From an uncultured bacterium (GTDB lineage: Bacteria > Desulfobacterota_D > UBA1144 > Nemesobacterales > UBA2774), in contig CAVPJU010000003.1 of assembly GCA_963705505.1 (NCBI GenBank), positions 1 to 64,000 on the forward strand: a stretch of 64,000 bases of DNA. Direction: 5' to 3'. The translations under genes and the position numbers were made by a program. This document shows positions 25,848-37,728 of this stretch, in pieces; position 1 is the stretch's first letter, and the number at the start of each line of letters is the position of its first letter. The notes below the pieces were generated by a model. It worked only from the letters and a program-made list of their open reading frames with translations. It did no database searches and was not told the DNA's origin.

Positions 25848-28319
25848 CTATATGTTATTTACGATAACAGGTTTTAAAAATTCAAACACGCGCGCCCTGA
25901 ACTTATCGACTTTAAAGGGTTTGGTTATAAATTCGTTTCCCGTCTCCTTAAGGAAGTCTATAGTTTCGCTGCTCGGGTCGCCCGTTATAAAAATAACCTT
26001 TTTCGCAAGACCGGGATTCAATGCCTTGACCTCGTTATAGAAAGCGATTCCGCTCATCTTGGGCATTTTGATATCGCACACTATCAGCTCGTACCTGTTT
26101 GATGCGATCTTCTCAAGCGCTTCTTCTCCGTTCCGGGCCGAATCAATTACTATATTCTCACCCTCGAGGACACCTTTTATGAGATCGATAACTATATCTT
26201 CGTCCTCCACAATCAATATACTCTTCCCTTGATACCTGCTGGGACTGTCGGAGGGTTCTTCTTCCTTATCGTTCCCCTGGGATTTCGCGCGTGCGAGCAC
26301 CGGCAGCTCGATTACGAATGCGATCCCCCCTCCCTCCGGACTTGCAGCGTGAATCCCGCCTCCGTGCTCGTTAATGATTCCGTATGCAACGGCGAGTCCG
26401 AGCCCGGTCCCTTTCCCCGGCTCCTTCGTCGTGAAAAAGGGATCGAAAATCTTCCCTACGACTTCTTTCGGGATTCCCGGTCCGTCGTCCGTAAAAGATA
26501 TTTCTATAACGCTGTCGTTCCTGGCCCTAGTCGTCACTCTCAGCTGTCCCCGGTCCCTGTATCCGCTGATCGCCTGCTCGGCATTGAGTATGATATTCGT
26601 AAACACCTGCTGAATCTGGTTGGGATCGACCATCGTTTTCGGAATCCCTCTGTCGAGGTCCGTAACCACCTCTATGTTCTCGAGCTTGAGCTGGTACTCC
26701 CTGAACTCTAAAGACTGCTCCACAAGGCTGTTTACGTCCTCATACGTCCTGAGCGGCCTGTACTTCCGTGAGAACGAGAGCAGCTTCTCTATAACCCTCG
26801 CCACCCTCTGCGCCGAGGTATTTATGATTTCGAGCGACCTCTTCTCCTTCTCGTCGAGATCGGGCCGCATTAGGAGCCTCTGCGAATAACCCATTATAGG
26901 GGTGAGCGGGTTGTTTATCTCATGCGCTATGCTCGATACGAGCTGCCCGAGAGACGCGAGCTTCTCCGACTGTACCAGCTTCTCCTGAGCGGACTTGATC
27001 TCTTCGAGCATCTTCGCCTTCGCTATGGCAATGGCGATCTGATCGCCCATAGCCGAAAGCAGGTGCACTTCATTCTCGCTGAACCTTCGCTCCTCATAGC
27101 TTAGAAACCATATAACGCCTATCACATCATTTCCCATAAAGATAGGTATCCCGAGCAGGCTGTGGTGTCCGAGCTCCCTCCCCGCCTGACCGATATCCCC
27201 GTCCTTCTGCGCGTCTTCTATATTTACTATTGCCCCGCTGTTGATCACCTTCCAGGTCAATCCCCTGGGATATGGCACTTTTCCGGCTCTGTTAATATAA
27301 AATTCGGGGAAGTTCCTCCATGCCTGGATTACCGCCTCTTTCTTCTCCTTATCCACGAGATATATCATGGCCATGTCCACGTGCTCCATATTCGTGATCA
27401 TGTCGAGTGCGACATTATAAACTTCCCGGAGGTCGAGGAACCTGTGCACCGCTTTCATCAGTGTATTCAGGGCCAGAAGCTCCTCTTCGGCTCTCTTGCG
27501 CTCGGTAATGTTGCGTGTGATGATTACCCCGCGTATTTCTCCGTTAGCCGCAATATAAGGCTTCCCCATGCATTCGAGCCACTGATACTCGCCGGCCTTG
27601 TTCAGGCCTCTGAAAGTAGCCTTCTCGGTGGAGAGATTCGATACGGCGCGTTTAAACACCGACACGACGTTAGGCAAGTCCTCGGGATGCATGAAATCGA
27701 ACGCGGTCTTCCCGAGGAGCTCCGACTGCATATAACCGGCAAGTTCCGTGCAGGCCGGATTGACGTAGAGTATCCTTCCCTCGGAGTCCACCTCGTATAT
27801 AAGATCGTAGCTGTTCTCCACGATTGTCCGGTATTTTTTCTCACTCTCTATGAGTGCCTCTTCCGCCTGCCGTATCCTCGTTATATCGCGGAACACCACC
27901 ACCACACCCCTGAATTCCGTCCGTTCGTATCGTACAGGGGCAAAGCTTGCGGAGATGAAGCGAGTCGAGCCTTCCCGTGTGAGGAGGACAGTGTCCCTAG
28001 GGAGTCCGAGCTTCTCTCCCGTTTCGAGAACCTCTTTAGCCGGCGCGATGAGACTTTCGCGGTTACCGTTTTTATAAAGACGGAGGACTTCCTCGAGCTG
28101 CTTCCCCACTGCTTCTTCACTGCTCCAGCCTGTCAGCTCCCCGGCTTTCGTGTTAGTCAGGATTATTTTCCGGTCTCCGTCGGCAATTATGACGCCGTCG
28201 CCGATACTGCGGAAGATTAAAGAGAGCTCCTCGTCCGATTCCTCGTATCCTGAGACCTTGCGACGAAGCTCCGCCAGTTCGCTGATGAGCTGCTTCTTTG
28301 TCTTGGCTTCGTCTCTCAT
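25848..28319 (-). CDS. Hybrid sensor histidine kinase (PAS-PAS-GAF-HisKA-HATPase-REC)
   Basis: Two PAS domains, GAF, IAHEINNPL, QVFTNIILNA, DDGPGI, FDPFFTTK..GKGTGLGL, receiver CDIKMP; start at MRDEAK with RBS GGAGG. Confidence 0.92.
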   Translation of the reverse strand: MRDEAKTKKQLISELAELRRKVSGYEESDEELSLIFRSIGDGVIIADGDRKIILTNTKAGELTGWSSEEAVGKQLEEVLRLYKNGNRESLIAPAKEVLETGEKLGLPRDTVLLTREGSTRFISASFAPVRYERTEFRGVVVVFRDITRIRQAEEALIESEKKYRTIVENSYDLIYEVDSEGRILYVNPACTELAGYMQSELLGKTAFDFMHPEDLPNVVSVFKRAVSNLSTEKATFRGLNKAGEYQWLECMGKPYIAANGEIRGVIITRNITERKRAEEELLALNTLMKAVHRFLDLREVYNVALDMITNMEHVDMAMIYLVDKEKKEAVIQAWRNFPEFYINRAGKVPYPRGLTWKVINSGAIVNIEDAQKDGDIGQAGRELGHHSLLGIPIFMGNDVIGVIWFLSYEERRFSENEVHLLSAMGDQIAIAIAKAKMLEEIKSAQEKLVQSEKLASLGQLVSSIAHEINNPLTPIMGYSQRLLMRPDLDEKEKRSLEIINTSAQRVARVIEKLLSFSRKYRPLRTYEDVNSLVEQSLEFREYQLKLENIEVVTDLDRGIPKTMVDPNQIQQVFTNIILNAEQAISGYRDRGQLRVTTRARNDSVIEISFTDDGPGIPKEVVGKIFDPFFTTKEPGKGTGLGLAVAYGIINEHGGGIHAASPEGGGIAFVIELPVLARAKSQGNDKEEEPSDSPSRYQGKSILIVEDEDIVIDLIKGVLEGENIVIDSARNGEEALEKIASNRYELIVCDIKMPKMSGIAFYNEVKALNPGLAKKVIFITGDPSSETIDFLKETGNEFITKPFKVDKFRARVFEFLKPVIVNNI

Positions 28320-28722
28320 TAATTGCCCTCCGACGTTCAGTCGAACAAACATATTCTTGTGCTTTGCGGACCTGCCCGCGCAGGGAGCAGAATGTTTCTG
28401 AAATTATTGGGTCTCTCCGGGACTCACAGGCATTCTTGCCGCCGGACTAAGCGATAAATACATATAGCGGGCATAGTTAGATATCAGCTCCCGGTTATCC
28501 TTGCGCACGGGTGTCTCGTCTTAATTATTAGTGCACTTACTCGGTTGTGTAAATAGAGATTAAAAATTTGAACGAAAGCAAAAAGAACGGGGACACGCCC
28601 GAACCATATATGAATTTCATGTTAAACTTATAATTAATAGATGACACCGGACGGATATTGATATATCCTTCTATAAAAATAATAAATTTTGATTATATAT
28701 TACGGGTAAAGGAGAGCGCCAG

Positions 28723-28947
28723 ATGGCGACCAAAAAGGAAGCAGCCCCTAAAAAGACTGCAAGCAAAAAGGTAGCGACCCCCAAGACCGCGAGCAAGAAA
28801 TCCACATCGGCTAAGGAATCCGTGCGGGACAAAATCGCCAGAGTTGCATACGAGCTTTACGAGAAAAGCGGATACGTTCACGGACGGGACGCCGAACACT
28901 GGTTCGAAGCCGAGATAATTGTATTGGGCAAGAAGAAGAATAAGTAA
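28723..28947 (+). CDS. DUF2934 domain protein with Lys/Ala-rich N-terminus
   Basis: IARVAYELYEKSG...G.D.EHWFEAE motif. Confidence 0.8.
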   Translation: MATKKEAAPKKTASKKVATPKTASKKSTSAKESVRDKIARVAYELYEKSGYVHGRDAEHWFEAEIIVLGKKKNK

Positions 28948-29416
28948 AACTCACATCGATTCCCAAGGGTCACGGGTCTTCGGTTTCACCGGTTTTTCCA
29001 ATTCATAAATCTCATCACAGGCGAACGCATCGGTCCGCAGCGGAAGCATCCGCCGTCTAAACAGGCAACGGCTGGGACACCGCACGGCTCATGCCGCTCC
29101 ATAGGCCGAACTGCATACAGTGGTATCACGATTAATAACCCGACTTATATTCTTTCCATAAAAGATGCTATGATTACTTTGCCCGATTAACCGACTCCAC
29201 TTCCTGACATGCGGAGTGATAATAAATAATCGGGTATTCATCAGTAGCTGTCGGCGCTGTAAAATAATACACACAGTGCGTGATGTCCGCGCGTATCCGG
29301 GCACACGGGAAATGACGACACGAAAATAAGAGAGGAGGATATAAGGGCTTAGACATCCGGACGTCCCTGAGACCGGGCGCCGGTCGAACCCCGGCAGACG
29401 CCGAGCCCCTATCACC

Positions 29417-32095
29417 ATGAGTACAGGAATCAAACTCACGGCAGAAGAGAAGAGACTGAGAGAGGACCAGGAGAAAAAGGCGTACTGGAAGAAGTGGGGA
29501 CCCTACTTGAGCGAAAGGCAGTGGGGGACCGTAAGGGAGGACTACAGCCCCGGGGGCACGGCGTGGGAATACCTGCCCCACGACCACGCCCGCTCGCGCG
29601 CATACAGGTGGGGGGAGGACGGTATCGCAGGCATCTCCGACAACCACCAGAGGCTCTGTTTCGCGATCGCCCTCTGGAACGGGCACGACCCGATACTGAA
29701 GGAGAGGCTCTTCGGGCTCACGGGCGACGAAGGCAACCACGGCGAGGACGTCAAGGAATATTACTATTATCTCGATAACACCCCGTCCCACGCTTACATG
29801 AAGTGCCTCTACAAATACCCTCACAGGGCTTACCCGTATGACGAACTCGTCGAGGTGAATAAAAAGAGGAGCCGTGACGACCCCGAGTACGAGCTCATAG
29901 ATACGGGCGTGTTCGACGAAGACCGGTACTTCGACGTGTTCGTCGAGTACGCGAAGAAGTCCCCCGAAGATATCCTCATTCTCATTACCGTTGCAAACAG
30001 AGGGCCCGCTGAAGCCGTGCTCCACCTCCTCCCCACGCTCTGGTTCAGGAACACATGGTCATGGAAGGGAGGGGAAAAACCCTCTCTCCGGTACGCGGAG
30101 TCGGAAGAAAAATTAAAGGTGATAGAAGCCTCGCACCCCGCGTTCGGCAAGATGTGGTTCTACTGCGACAATCCGGGAGGGCTGCTCTTCACGGAAAACG
30201 AAACGAATTTCGAGAGGGTTTTCGGCTCGCCGAACGAATGCCCCTATGTAAAAGACGGCATCAACGACTGCATAGTCGGGGGCAGGGAGAGCGCCGTCAA
30301 CAGCAAATGCACGGGGACAAAGGTGTCCGCCCATTACACCCTTACTATACCGCCGGGAAAATCCCAGACGGTTAAGCTCAGGCTTTCGGACACGATAAAC
30401 CTGATTGACCCCTTCGGAAAACTCTACGATACCGTCTTCGCGAAACGGAAGAAGGAAGCGGACGAGTTTTACAGGAGGGTCTGCCCGTACACGCTGCCGG
30501 AGGACCTCGGGAGCATACAGAGACAGGCGTTCGCCGGGATGCTCTGGACGAAGCAGTTCTATTACTACGTAGTCGAAGACTGGCTTAACGGAGACCCGCT
30601 CGACCCCCCTCCTCCAGAGTCGAGGAAGCAGGGAAGGAACCACAACTGGATACACCTCTACAACGAAGACATTCTCTCCATGCCCGACAAGTGGGAATAC
30701 CCCTGGTTCGCCGCATGGGACCTCGCCTTTCATACCGTAACGTTTTCGCTCATCGACCCCGATTTCGCCAAGCGCCAGCTCATGCTCCTCACGAGGGAAT
30801 GGTATATGCACCCGAACGGCCAGATACCCGCTTACGAGTGGGCGTTCAGCGACGTGAACCCCCCCGTCCACGCGTGGGCCGCATGGAGGGTATACAACAT
30901 CGAGCACAAGATGTTCGGGAGGAAAGACATCCATTTCCTGGAAAGGGTGTTTCAAAAACTCCTCCTCAACTTCACGTGGTGGGTCAACAGAAAGGACGCG
31001 GAGGGAAAGAACGTGTTCGAGGGAGGGTTCCTCGGACTCGACAACATAGGGGTCTTCGACAGGAACGCGAAGCTCCCCTCGGGAGTGATACTCGAGCAGG
31101 CTGACGGCACGAGCTGGATGGGGATGTATTGCCTCAATATGCTTGCTATAGCGATCGAGCTCGCGAAGCACAATGCGAGCTATGAAGACATAGCAAGCAA
31201 GTTCTTCGAGCACTTCCTCTACATCGCTAGGGCGATAAACCTCCCCGAAAGGGGACACGACGGTCTCTGGGACGACGAAGACCAGTTCTACTACGACGTG
31301 CTCCACCTCCCCAACGGAAACCACCTCCCCTTGAAGGTGCGCTCCATGGTGGGCCTCATACCGCTCTACGCGATAGAGACGATCGAGCCCGATGTGCTCG
31401 TGAAGCTCAAGGGGTTCAGGCAGAGAATGGAGTGGTTTATAGAGAACAGGCCGGACCTCGGGGAGAACGTCGCGTCCATGGAAGAAAAGGGTGTGGGCGA
31501 GAGAAGACTGCTTTCTATCGTCGATCAGGACAAGCTGAGACAGATACTGAGAAAGATGCTCGACGAGAATGAGTTCCTGAGCCCCTACGGCATACGCGCT
31601 CTCTCGAAATACCACAGGGACAGCCCTTATGAGTTCCGCGTCGCCGAATACGACTACACAGTGGCGTACGAGCCCGCGGAATCGACGAGCGGACTCTTCG
31701 GAGGGAACTCCAACTGGAGGGGGCCAATATGGTTCCCCGTGAACTTCCTCCTGATCGAGTCGCTGCAGAAATTCCACTACTACCTGGGGGACAGCTACAA
31801 GGTCGAATGCCCGACCGGGTCGGGGAAGTATATGACCCTCTGGGAGGTGGCTAAGGAGATATCCCACAGGCTCGTCAGGATATTCAAGAAGGACGAGTCC
31901 GGAAGGAGGGCCGTTTACGGGGGCACAGAGAAATTCCAGACGGATCCGTACTGGAGCAGCTACATAAATTTCTACGAGTACTTTCACGGGGACAACGGCG
32001 CGGGCATAGGCGCGAGCCATCAGACGGGCTGGACCGGAATCGTAGGCAAGCTCATCCGTCAGTCGGGGGAATACGGCACAATAGACGAAATATAA
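29417..32095 (+). CDS. GH63/MGH1-like glucosidase (mannosylglycerate hydrolase-like)
   Basis: [57 protein letters not shown]. Confidence 0.9.
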   Translation: MSTGIKLTAEEKRLREDQEKKAYWKKWGPYLSERQWGTVREDYSPGGTAWEYLPHDHARSRAYRWGEDGIAGISDNHQRLCFAIALWNGHDPILKERLFGLTGDEGNHGEDVKEYYYYLDNTPSHAYMKCLYKYPHRAYPYDELVEVNKKRSRDDPEYELIDTGVFDEDRYFDVFVEYAKKSPEDILILITVANRGPAEAVLHLLPTLWFRNTWSWKGGEKPSLRYAESEEKLKVIEASHPAFGKMWFYCDNPGGLLFTENETNFERVFGSPNECPYVKDGINDCIVGGRESAVNSKCTGTKVSAHYTLTIPPGKSQTVKLRLSDTINLIDPFGKLYDTVFAKRKKEADEFYRRVCPYTLPEDLGSIQRQAFAGMLWTKQFYYYVVEDWLNGDPLDPPPPESRKQGRNHNWIHLYNEDILSMPDKWEYPWFAAWDLAFHTVTFSLIDPDFAKRQLMLLTREWYMHPNGQIPAYEWAFSDVNPPVHAWAAWRVYNIEHKMFGRKDIHFLERVFQKLLLNFTWWVNRKDAEGKNVFEGGFLGLDNIGVFDRNAKLPSGVILEQADGTSWMGMYCLNMLAIAIELAKHNASYEDIASKFFEHFLYIARAINLPERGHDGLWDDEDQFYYDVLHLPNGNHLPLKVRSMVGLIPLYAIETIEPDVLVKLKGFRQRMEWFIENRPDLGENVASMEEKGVGERRLLSIVDQDKLRQILRKMLDENEFLSPYGIRALSKYHRDSPYEFRVAEYDYTVAYEPAESTSGLFGGNSNWRGPIWFPVNFLLIESLQKFHYYLGDSYKVECPTGSGKYMTLWEVAKEISHRLVRIFKKDESGRRAVYGGTEKFQTDPYWSSYINFYEYFHGDNGAGIGASHQTGWTGIVGKLIRQSGEYGTIDEI

Positions 32096-32113
32096 TTCTT
32101 AAATATATTTAGC

Positions 32114-32142
32114 TTGACAAATTAAGACTCATCCTTTATATT
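32114..32142 (+). promoter_or_regulatory. sigma70 promoter
   Basis: TTGACA (32114-19), 17 nt, TATATT (32137-42). Confidence 0.7.
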
Positions 32143-32148
32143 AATAAT

Positions 32149-32240
32149 GAAAGTTAAGTAACGCACTTAAAATCATCCTCCATCCTCCTTTAAAGAAGAG
32201 AGGGAACACTTCCGAAAATGAGTGTTCCCTCTTTTTCTTT
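32149..32240 (+). ncRNA. Candidate small RNA with tandem anti-SD CAUCCUC motifs
   Basis: Promoter, hairpin ttaagt/acttaa, catcctc-catcctc-ctt, then intrinsic terminator agagggaacact/agtgttccctct plus U-tract; no ORF longer than 4 codons. Confidence 0.55.
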
Positions 32241-32371
32241 AGTTATGCGTCTCGGATTCAGGCAAGTACCCGCCACGGATTGAAAAATCCAAAGAACCGC
32301 TTATAATTCTGTTCTGCGTCGATCAGACGCTATTTCAGTGAAATCCAGAATATGCACTCGATAAAAACACG

Positions 32372-33283
32372 ATGAACCACGTACTCATAATCCTCTTCTA
32401 TAAATTTACCGACATAGCCGACCCCGAGGGGTTCGCGGCAGGGCAGAGGGAGTTCTGCGAAAAAGAGGGGCTCCTGGGGAAGATACTCGTCGCCAGAGAG
32501 GGGATAAACGGCTCTTTTTCCGGATCACGGGAGCAGATAGAGGGCTATAAAATGTTCCTTACCGCCATACCGGGGTTCTCCGACATTACGTTCAAGGAAG
32601 AGAGCGCATCCGCGCACCCGTTCAAGAAGCTCATTATACGTGTCAAGAAAGAGATAATACGCATGGAGCAGGACCTCGACATGAGCAGGAGGGGCAAGTA
32701 TATAACCCCTGAAGAGCTCATCGCGCTCTATGAGAGCGGCGAGGACTTCATAGTACTCGACACGAGGAACAGATATGAATCGGAGGTAGGGAGGTTCAGG
32801 AACGCCGTAACCCCCGACATAGATTCGTTCCGCGAATTCCCCGAAGCGCTTCAGAAACTGAGCGACAAAAAGAACAGGAAAATCGTGACCTACTGTACGG
32901 GCGGGATAAGGTGCGAGAAGGCCACCGCATACATGATAAGCCGCGGGTTCACGGACGTCTACCAGCTGAAGGACGGCATAATCAACTTCTGTCAGCAGTA
33001 CCCGAATACGTTCTGGGAAGGGAAGTGCTTCGTATTCGACGAGCGGCTCGTCTCCGACATCGAAGCGGAGGGTGAAATTATTTCCCGCTGTATAGCGTGC
33101 GGGGAGAGCTCGGACCGCTATCAGAACTGCAGAAACCCCTTGTGCGACGATCTGGTTATACTGTGCGGGAGATGCAGCGAAGAGCTTGGAGGCTGCTGTT
33201 CACGGGAATGCTCGAATGACTACGAATCCTATATACTGAGGAAATCCCGCGAGAGGCAGGGGTACAAATCGAGAGCGGGCTGA
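32372..33283 (+). CDS. trhO: Rhodanese-related tRNA uridine(34) hydroxylase (UPF0176/YceA)
   Basis: LFYKF, G.ILVA.EGING, LDTRN.YE..G.F, YCTGGIRCEKA, GKCFVFDER, Cys-rich tail. Confidence 0.9.
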   Translation: MNHVLIILFYKFTDIADPEGFAAGQREFCEKEGLLGKILVAREGINGSFSGSREQIEGYKMFLTAIPGFSDITFKEESASAHPFKKLIIRVKKEIIRMEQDLDMSRRGKYITPEELIALYESGEDFIVLDTRNRYESEVGRFRNAVTPDIDSFREFPEALQKLSDKKNRKIVTYCTGGIRCEKATAYMISRGFTDVYQLKDGIINFCQQYPNTFWEGKCFVFDERLVSDIEAEGEIISRCIACGESSDRYQNCRNPLCDDLVILCGRCSEELGGCCSRECSNDYESYILRKSRERQGYKSRAG

Positions 33284-33292
33284 TACGATTTA

Positions 33293-33382
33293 TCAGTCCT
33301 TGATATTCTTCGCCTTGAGAAGAAGAAGCAGCACGAAAGCCAGAAGGAACAGCGCATATAAAACGGGGGCAAGAAGCTCCAT
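33293..33382 (-). CDS. Putative 29-aa single-TM peptide
   Basis: MELLAPVLYALFLLAFVLLLLLKAKNIKD; AGGAGG about 15 nt upstream; below the ORF-track cutoff. Confidence 0.45.
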   Translation of the reverse strand: MELLAPVLYALFLLAFVLLLLLKAKNIKD

Positions 33383-33480
33383 ATCCGTTTAAATTACTCC
33401 CTCCTGTTTCAGATTTAAAAACCTCGGGGACCCTTCGTGTCGTCTCCGGGCCCCCGTCGGAACCTTATTTCTTATCCCTA

Positions 33481-36400
33481 CTATTTATCTTTTTTCTTTC
33501 CCTTGGGTTTGGATTTCTTCGCGATAAAGTTCTTGAGCTCCGTCAGGTCAGACGCGAGGAGTTCCTTTACCCTCTCGCCGTTGACTCGGGCGACGATGAT
33601 GTGCCCTATCTCCGTGTTGACCTCCTCGTATATCCCTATGGCCTTCATACCCTGGGCCTGCTTCTGGTTATCCTCAGTCGGGCTCACATAGTGTATGGAT
33701 CCGGCCTTATATCTGTGGATAAGGAACAGATGGAGCAAAGCCATGAGCCTTTTCTGCCGGAACTTCTTGTCGAAAGTGTTCTGGTCCCTGATGGACACGA
33801 AGTTGTTTCCCCAGCGGTCGTGAATCGTTGCGAAAATCACGTCCGCCACCTTGTTTCCGACCTCATCGGCTACCGAAAGCTCCAGGAGCTCCGATCCTGC
33901 CGTATGCGGCCTCAGCTTTACGCCCAGGCGTCCCGGTATGCCGTAGTGCTCGGACCAGAGCTCGAGCCAGTCCTCGAGTATCCTCGGCGGGACCTCCGTT
34001 TCGACCAGGTGCTGGACCTGTGTCGAGCCCTTGCCCATTGCGACCGTCGTCGCCGTACGGCCCGAAGAAGCGGCGAGCGCGCCGTCGAGACGCGGCCCTC
34101 CGACCAATGTCTGGGGCGTCCTGTAAGGGGAGTCGAGCAGCCTGAACTTCCTCTGGAGCCTCGCAAGGGCTAACATTCCGTCCTGCTTCAGCGCCGTCGC
34201 GAACTCCTCCGCGGCGAGCCCGTCTATCTGGTGTCCGCCGTAGGTGATAAAGTCGAATACGTAGCCGAGCTTCCCTATCTCTTTGGGGAAGTTCCTCATC
34301 TCTTCCTCGCTCATACCCGTCGTATCCCAGTTGAAGGAAGGAGACAGGTTGTAGGCGAGCATCTTGTCCGGGAACTCCGCGTGTATTGCCTCCGCGAATT
34401 CCCTCGCCTCTTCGTAGTTTGCAGTTTTAGTTTCCATCCATATCAGGTCGGCGTAAGGAGCGACGGCGAGCGATTTAGCGATGGCGTACTCTATTCCGCC
34501 CTTCACCTGATAATAGCCCTCGGGAGTCCTCGAAAGCTCGCAGTCCCATGGGGCTTCGATCCCCATCTGTTTCGCCCTGTCCCTCGCGTGCTGGTAGGAG
34601 GCGTGCTTCGCGAATTCGAACCACTCCTCTATAGTCATCCCGAGGCTCCTGCCCTCTTCTATGGCGAACTCCATCTGCTCGGCGACCGCCTGGTCATAGG
34701 TCATAAGACCGGACTCCACTTCCCAGGTCTCGACGAACTTGCTGGCTGCGTTCTCGAGCGGCTTCGTGATACTCCTTTCCTTCCCTTCCTTGAGCGCCTG
34801 AATGCTCTTGTCTATTATGGGCGTGAGGCCTACCTTGTCGAACCAGGCATAAGCCTCCTCGTATTCGTCGTCCGATATTTTGTAGAGCATGAAGCCGTTC
34901 ACATCGGTAATGCCCTTGTCATAGAATCTTTTCAGGATTGCGAGATAACAGTTCTTATATCCGGGGAGGTTCGTATTCGTAGCCCCGAGTATGAACGGCT
35001 GATCGCGCTCGTCGCCTCGTCCGTCGAGCAGATTGGCTGCTTCGGCGTCAGTCCTCGCGACGATGATTCCGGGGACCTTCATTATGTCGAGCTGGAACCG
35101 GGCGGCGTTTAACCTCTTTATCTGCTCGTCTACCGGAACGAGCGCCTTTCCGCCCTGATGGCCGCATTTTTTTGTGCCGGGCTTCTGGTCCTCAATGTGA
35201 TACCCGGTCACGCCCGCTTCGACGAACCTCTTGATAAGGTTCCTTACGTGGGCGTCTCCGCCGTGGCCCGTATCGGCGTCAGCTATTATGAACGGCCTGT
35301 AATCGACCTTCGGCGTGGCCTTCCTCTCCTTCTCCGACATCCTCGACCTCATGAACTTCTGGTTCCGGTCGGCCGTGAGCAGGGCGCGGACAAGCCCCGC
35401 GGCTTCATCGGGCACCTGGCTCAGCGGATAGCTTGCGAGGTCGGGTCCCGGGTCCTCGGAGAACGAGCCCTTTGCGGAAGTCGCCCAGCCGCCGAGGTAT
35501 ACCCCTTCGATGCCGATTCGCTTCATCGCCACGATCTGTCCCGGCGAGTAGGGGCCGAATGTCGTTATCTGCTCGCCCCTGGCGAATAGCTCTCTCAGCC
35601 TGTTGTAGAATTCCTCGGAGTATTTTCTTGCAACCGAATGGTCCGTCTCCATCGTCCCCGCCTGCTGAACGACCTGACGGGCGGAGTAAAGACGCCTGAT
35701 GCCCTTGAACCTCGGCTTCGCGAACCAGTCCTTCATTTCCCTGACTTCCCTCTCGAACGAATCGAGCTCGTCTTCGAGCGATGTGTCGAGGCGCGTGTCG
35801 GGCAGGAAGTCCAGGTTCTCCGTGATCCTGGTTCCGTCTTTCTTGAACGCGTCCATATACTGCTTTATCCTGATCTTTGCCGTTGATAGGTCGTGGTTGT
35901 TAAGGTTTATATTGAGCAGGTCTATGTACCAGGGCGTCTTTATGTTGTCGAGCACGTAAGTTTCCACTATCTCCCTCGCTATGGGGAGCGTAGTGGGCTT
36001 CGAGTCATCGTGGACGTCCTTGTCCTTTGCGGCGAGCAGCTTGTCGTATTCCTCGGCGAGGAGCCTTTCAAATAGATCGGACGTAAATATATCGCCCGCC
36101 TTGACCTCGGTCTCCTTATCGTCTTCCGTTAACACCGCCCCCTTGTCCACCCATTCCCAGAGGATGCTGAGGCGTATTTCGCCCGTGGCCATATCCTCCA
36201 TCAAATATAGTATGTCGTCGTTGCCGAAGAAATCGGCTGGCTTCAAAGCCGCCGCCTGAAATCCCTGTCCGAATGCGTTCCCGTACTGAAGCGCGACCGA
36301 CATGAGGTTCCTGGCCCCCCTTATAGTCCTGGGCGCGGGCTCGAGGAGTGTGAGACCTTCGGCGTCCTCATCCGTGTACGTGAGCGGCGGGAATTTTCTG

Positions 36401-37728
36401 CCCATCTGGTTTTCCTCTCCCGCTTCTTCCCATACCGGCCTTATTATGTGCACCATCTTCCAGTGCGCGACCCACTTTCCGCTTGCTCCCTCCTGCTGCT
36501 CCCTCTTCGCCCCCTCGACCGCCTTCTTCATGCCCTCTTTAACGCCCTTATCGGAGCCGACCGGGATGTTGGGCTCCATGCCGCCCTGCCATAGGGCGTA
36601 GTTGTGGTTGACGCTGGGAGTGTTGACAGCCCTCCTCACCCGGTCCTCGTAATTCCTCATATATCCGTATGTCATCGTTATCGATTCTATATTCGGGTTT
36701 ATGAACGACTGGTCCCATGCCATGGCGTCCGATACGCTGTTTATGTAATCCCATCTGCCTGTATTGAATCCCGCGAAATGCCTGCCGAGCGCGGCGCGTA
36801 TCTCCATAAGCTGGAATGTAGCCTCCAGCTGCTCGACGAGTACATATACCTTTATCGTGCCGAGAGGCAGGGTCAGGTGGTCCTCGAGCGCCGAAAGAAG
36901 CTCGTTCCAGAACGCGGCCTCCTCAGCCGTCTGTATCTTGGGCAGGTAGAGCACGACCGAAGAGCCGGTCTTATCGAGCTCCTGATAGTTGTTTACGACA
37001 TAAAGAACGGTGTCCACGATCGAAGCCGAAAGCATAAGACCGTTCTCGTCCCTTATGTGCCTGTCGTCCAGGTGAAGCCCCCTCGCGCGGAATATCTTTG
37101 TCGTGAACTCGAGCTGCTTTCTCCAGTCGAGAATTATTTCGTGTCCGAAAAACCCTTTCGCCCATTCGTTCATCTCCCGCGAGACCTGCTCCGCGACGTT
37201 CATGAATATGGGGTCTTTCCTTATAGCGAGTTTCAGGTTCCGCTGGTTCTCAAGCGACATCGTGTTTATCTGCCCGAGAGCGTCCTCGCCGTCGAACATC
37301 CAGCCGTCCGCCCCGGAGAGGAGCGCGTATGCCACATTCCTTATACTCTTATCAATTGAAGTGTTCGGCTTCGACGCGGGGCCCGTCCCCTGTATCCACT
37401 GCCTCTGGAGATCGTGCGGGATATCGGATCCTACGAATTTACCGTCCCGTGCGTCCTGCACCTTTATATTAGTTCTCGGTATGAAATCATTGGGGTTGAG
37501 GAACCTTATTCTTTCCCTGTTGCGGAAGCGCTGCGCCCTCCTGGAGTACCTTTTTTCCATCAGCATTTTCTGGTCTTTGTTGAATACCGAAAGCGCTTTC
37601 AGGGCCTCTAACACCTGAGGTGTATATACGTCTGAAAACTCGCTTTCGAGGTTATTCCTTATCTGAAGAGTCCTCGGACCCGAAATAACCCTGAACGGCT
37701 GTTTTGAAATATCATGAACGGTGCTCAT
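33481..37728 (-). CDS. Bifunctional malate synthase-isocitrate lyase fusion (MS N-terminal, ICL2-type C-terminal)
   Basis: MS motifs ([36 protein letters not shown]); ICL motifs ([42 protein letters not shown]); C-terminal domain resembling mycobacterial ICL2. Confidence 0.92.
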   Translation of the reverse strand: MSTVHDISKQPFRVISGPRTLQIRNNLESEFSDVYTPQVLEALKALSVFNKDQKMLMEKRYSRRAQRFRNRERIRFLNPNDFIPRTNIKVQDARDGKFVGSDIPHDLQRQWIQGTGPASKPNTSIDKSIRNVAYALLSGADGWMFDGEDALGQINTMSLENQRNLKLAIRKDPIFMNVAEQVSREMNEWAKGFFGHEIILDWRKQLEFTTKIFRARGLHLDDRHIRDENGLMLSASIVDTVLYVVNNYQELDKTGSSVVLYLPKIQTAEEAAFWNELLSALEDHLTLPLGTIKVYVLVEQLEATFQLMEIRAALGRHFAGFNTGRWDYINSVSDAMAWDQSFINPNIESITMTYGYMRNYEDRVRRAVNTPSVNHNYALWQGGMEPNIPVGSDKGVKEGMKKAVEGAKREQQEGASGKWVAHWKMVHIIRPVWEEAGEENQMGRKFPPLTYTDEDAEGLTLLEPAPRTIRGARNLMSVALQYGNAFGQGFQAAALKPADFFGNDDILYLMEDMATGEIRLSILWEWVDKGAVLTEDDKETEVKAGDIFTSDLFERLLAEEYDKLLAAKDKDVHDDSKPTTLPIAREIVETYVLDNIKTPWYIDLLNINLNNHDLSTAKIRIKQYMDAFKKDGTRITENLDFLPDTRLDTSLEDELDSFEREVREMKDWFAKPRFKGIRRLYSARQVVQQAGTMETDHSVARKYSEEFYNRLRELFARGEQITTFGPYSPGQIVAMKRIGIEGVYLGGWATSAKGSFSEDPGPDLASYPLSQVPDEAAGLVRALLTADRNQKFMRSRMSEKERKATPKVDYRPFIIADADTGHGGDAHVRNLIKRFVEAGVTGYHIEDQKPGTKKCGHQGGKALVPVDEQIKRLNAARFQLDIMKVPGIIVARTDAEAANLLDGRGDERDQPFILGATNTNLPGYKNCYLAILKRFYDKGITDVNGFMLYKISDDEYEEAYAWFDKVGLTPIIDKSIQALKEGKERSITKPLENAASKFVETWEVESGLMTYDQAVAEQMEFAIEEGRSLGMTIEEWFEFAKHASYQHARDRAKQMGIEAPWDCELSRTPEGYYQVKGGIEYAIAKSLAVAPYADLIWMETKTANYEEAREFAEAIHAEFPDKMLAYNLSPSFNWDTTGMSEEEMRNFPKEIGKLGYVFDFITYGGHQIDGLAAEEFATALKQDGMLALARLQRKFRLLDSPYRTPQTLVGGPRLDGALAASSGRTATTVAMGKGSTQVQHLVETEVPPRILEDWLELWSEHYGIPGRLGVKLRPHTAGSELLELSVADEVGNKVADVIFATIHDRWGNNFVSIRDQNTFDKKFRQKRLMALLHLFLIHRYKAGSIHYVSPTEDNQKQAQGMKAIGIYEEVNTEIGHIIVARVNGERVKELLASDLTELKNFIAKKSKPKGKKKDK

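Noticed and set aside
28950..29410. 460-bp intergenic region examined for an RNA gene
   Set aside because: No tRNA cloverleaf or recognisable ncRNA consensus; the ORFs there look spurious
30113..32020. 635-aa ORF antisense to the glucosidase, and similar long antisense ORFs at 27162-28220, 34231-35112, 36604-37359 and 52110-53069
   Set aside because: Mirror-frame shadows of GC3-rich genes; no recognisable motifs and fully overlapped by well-supported CDSs
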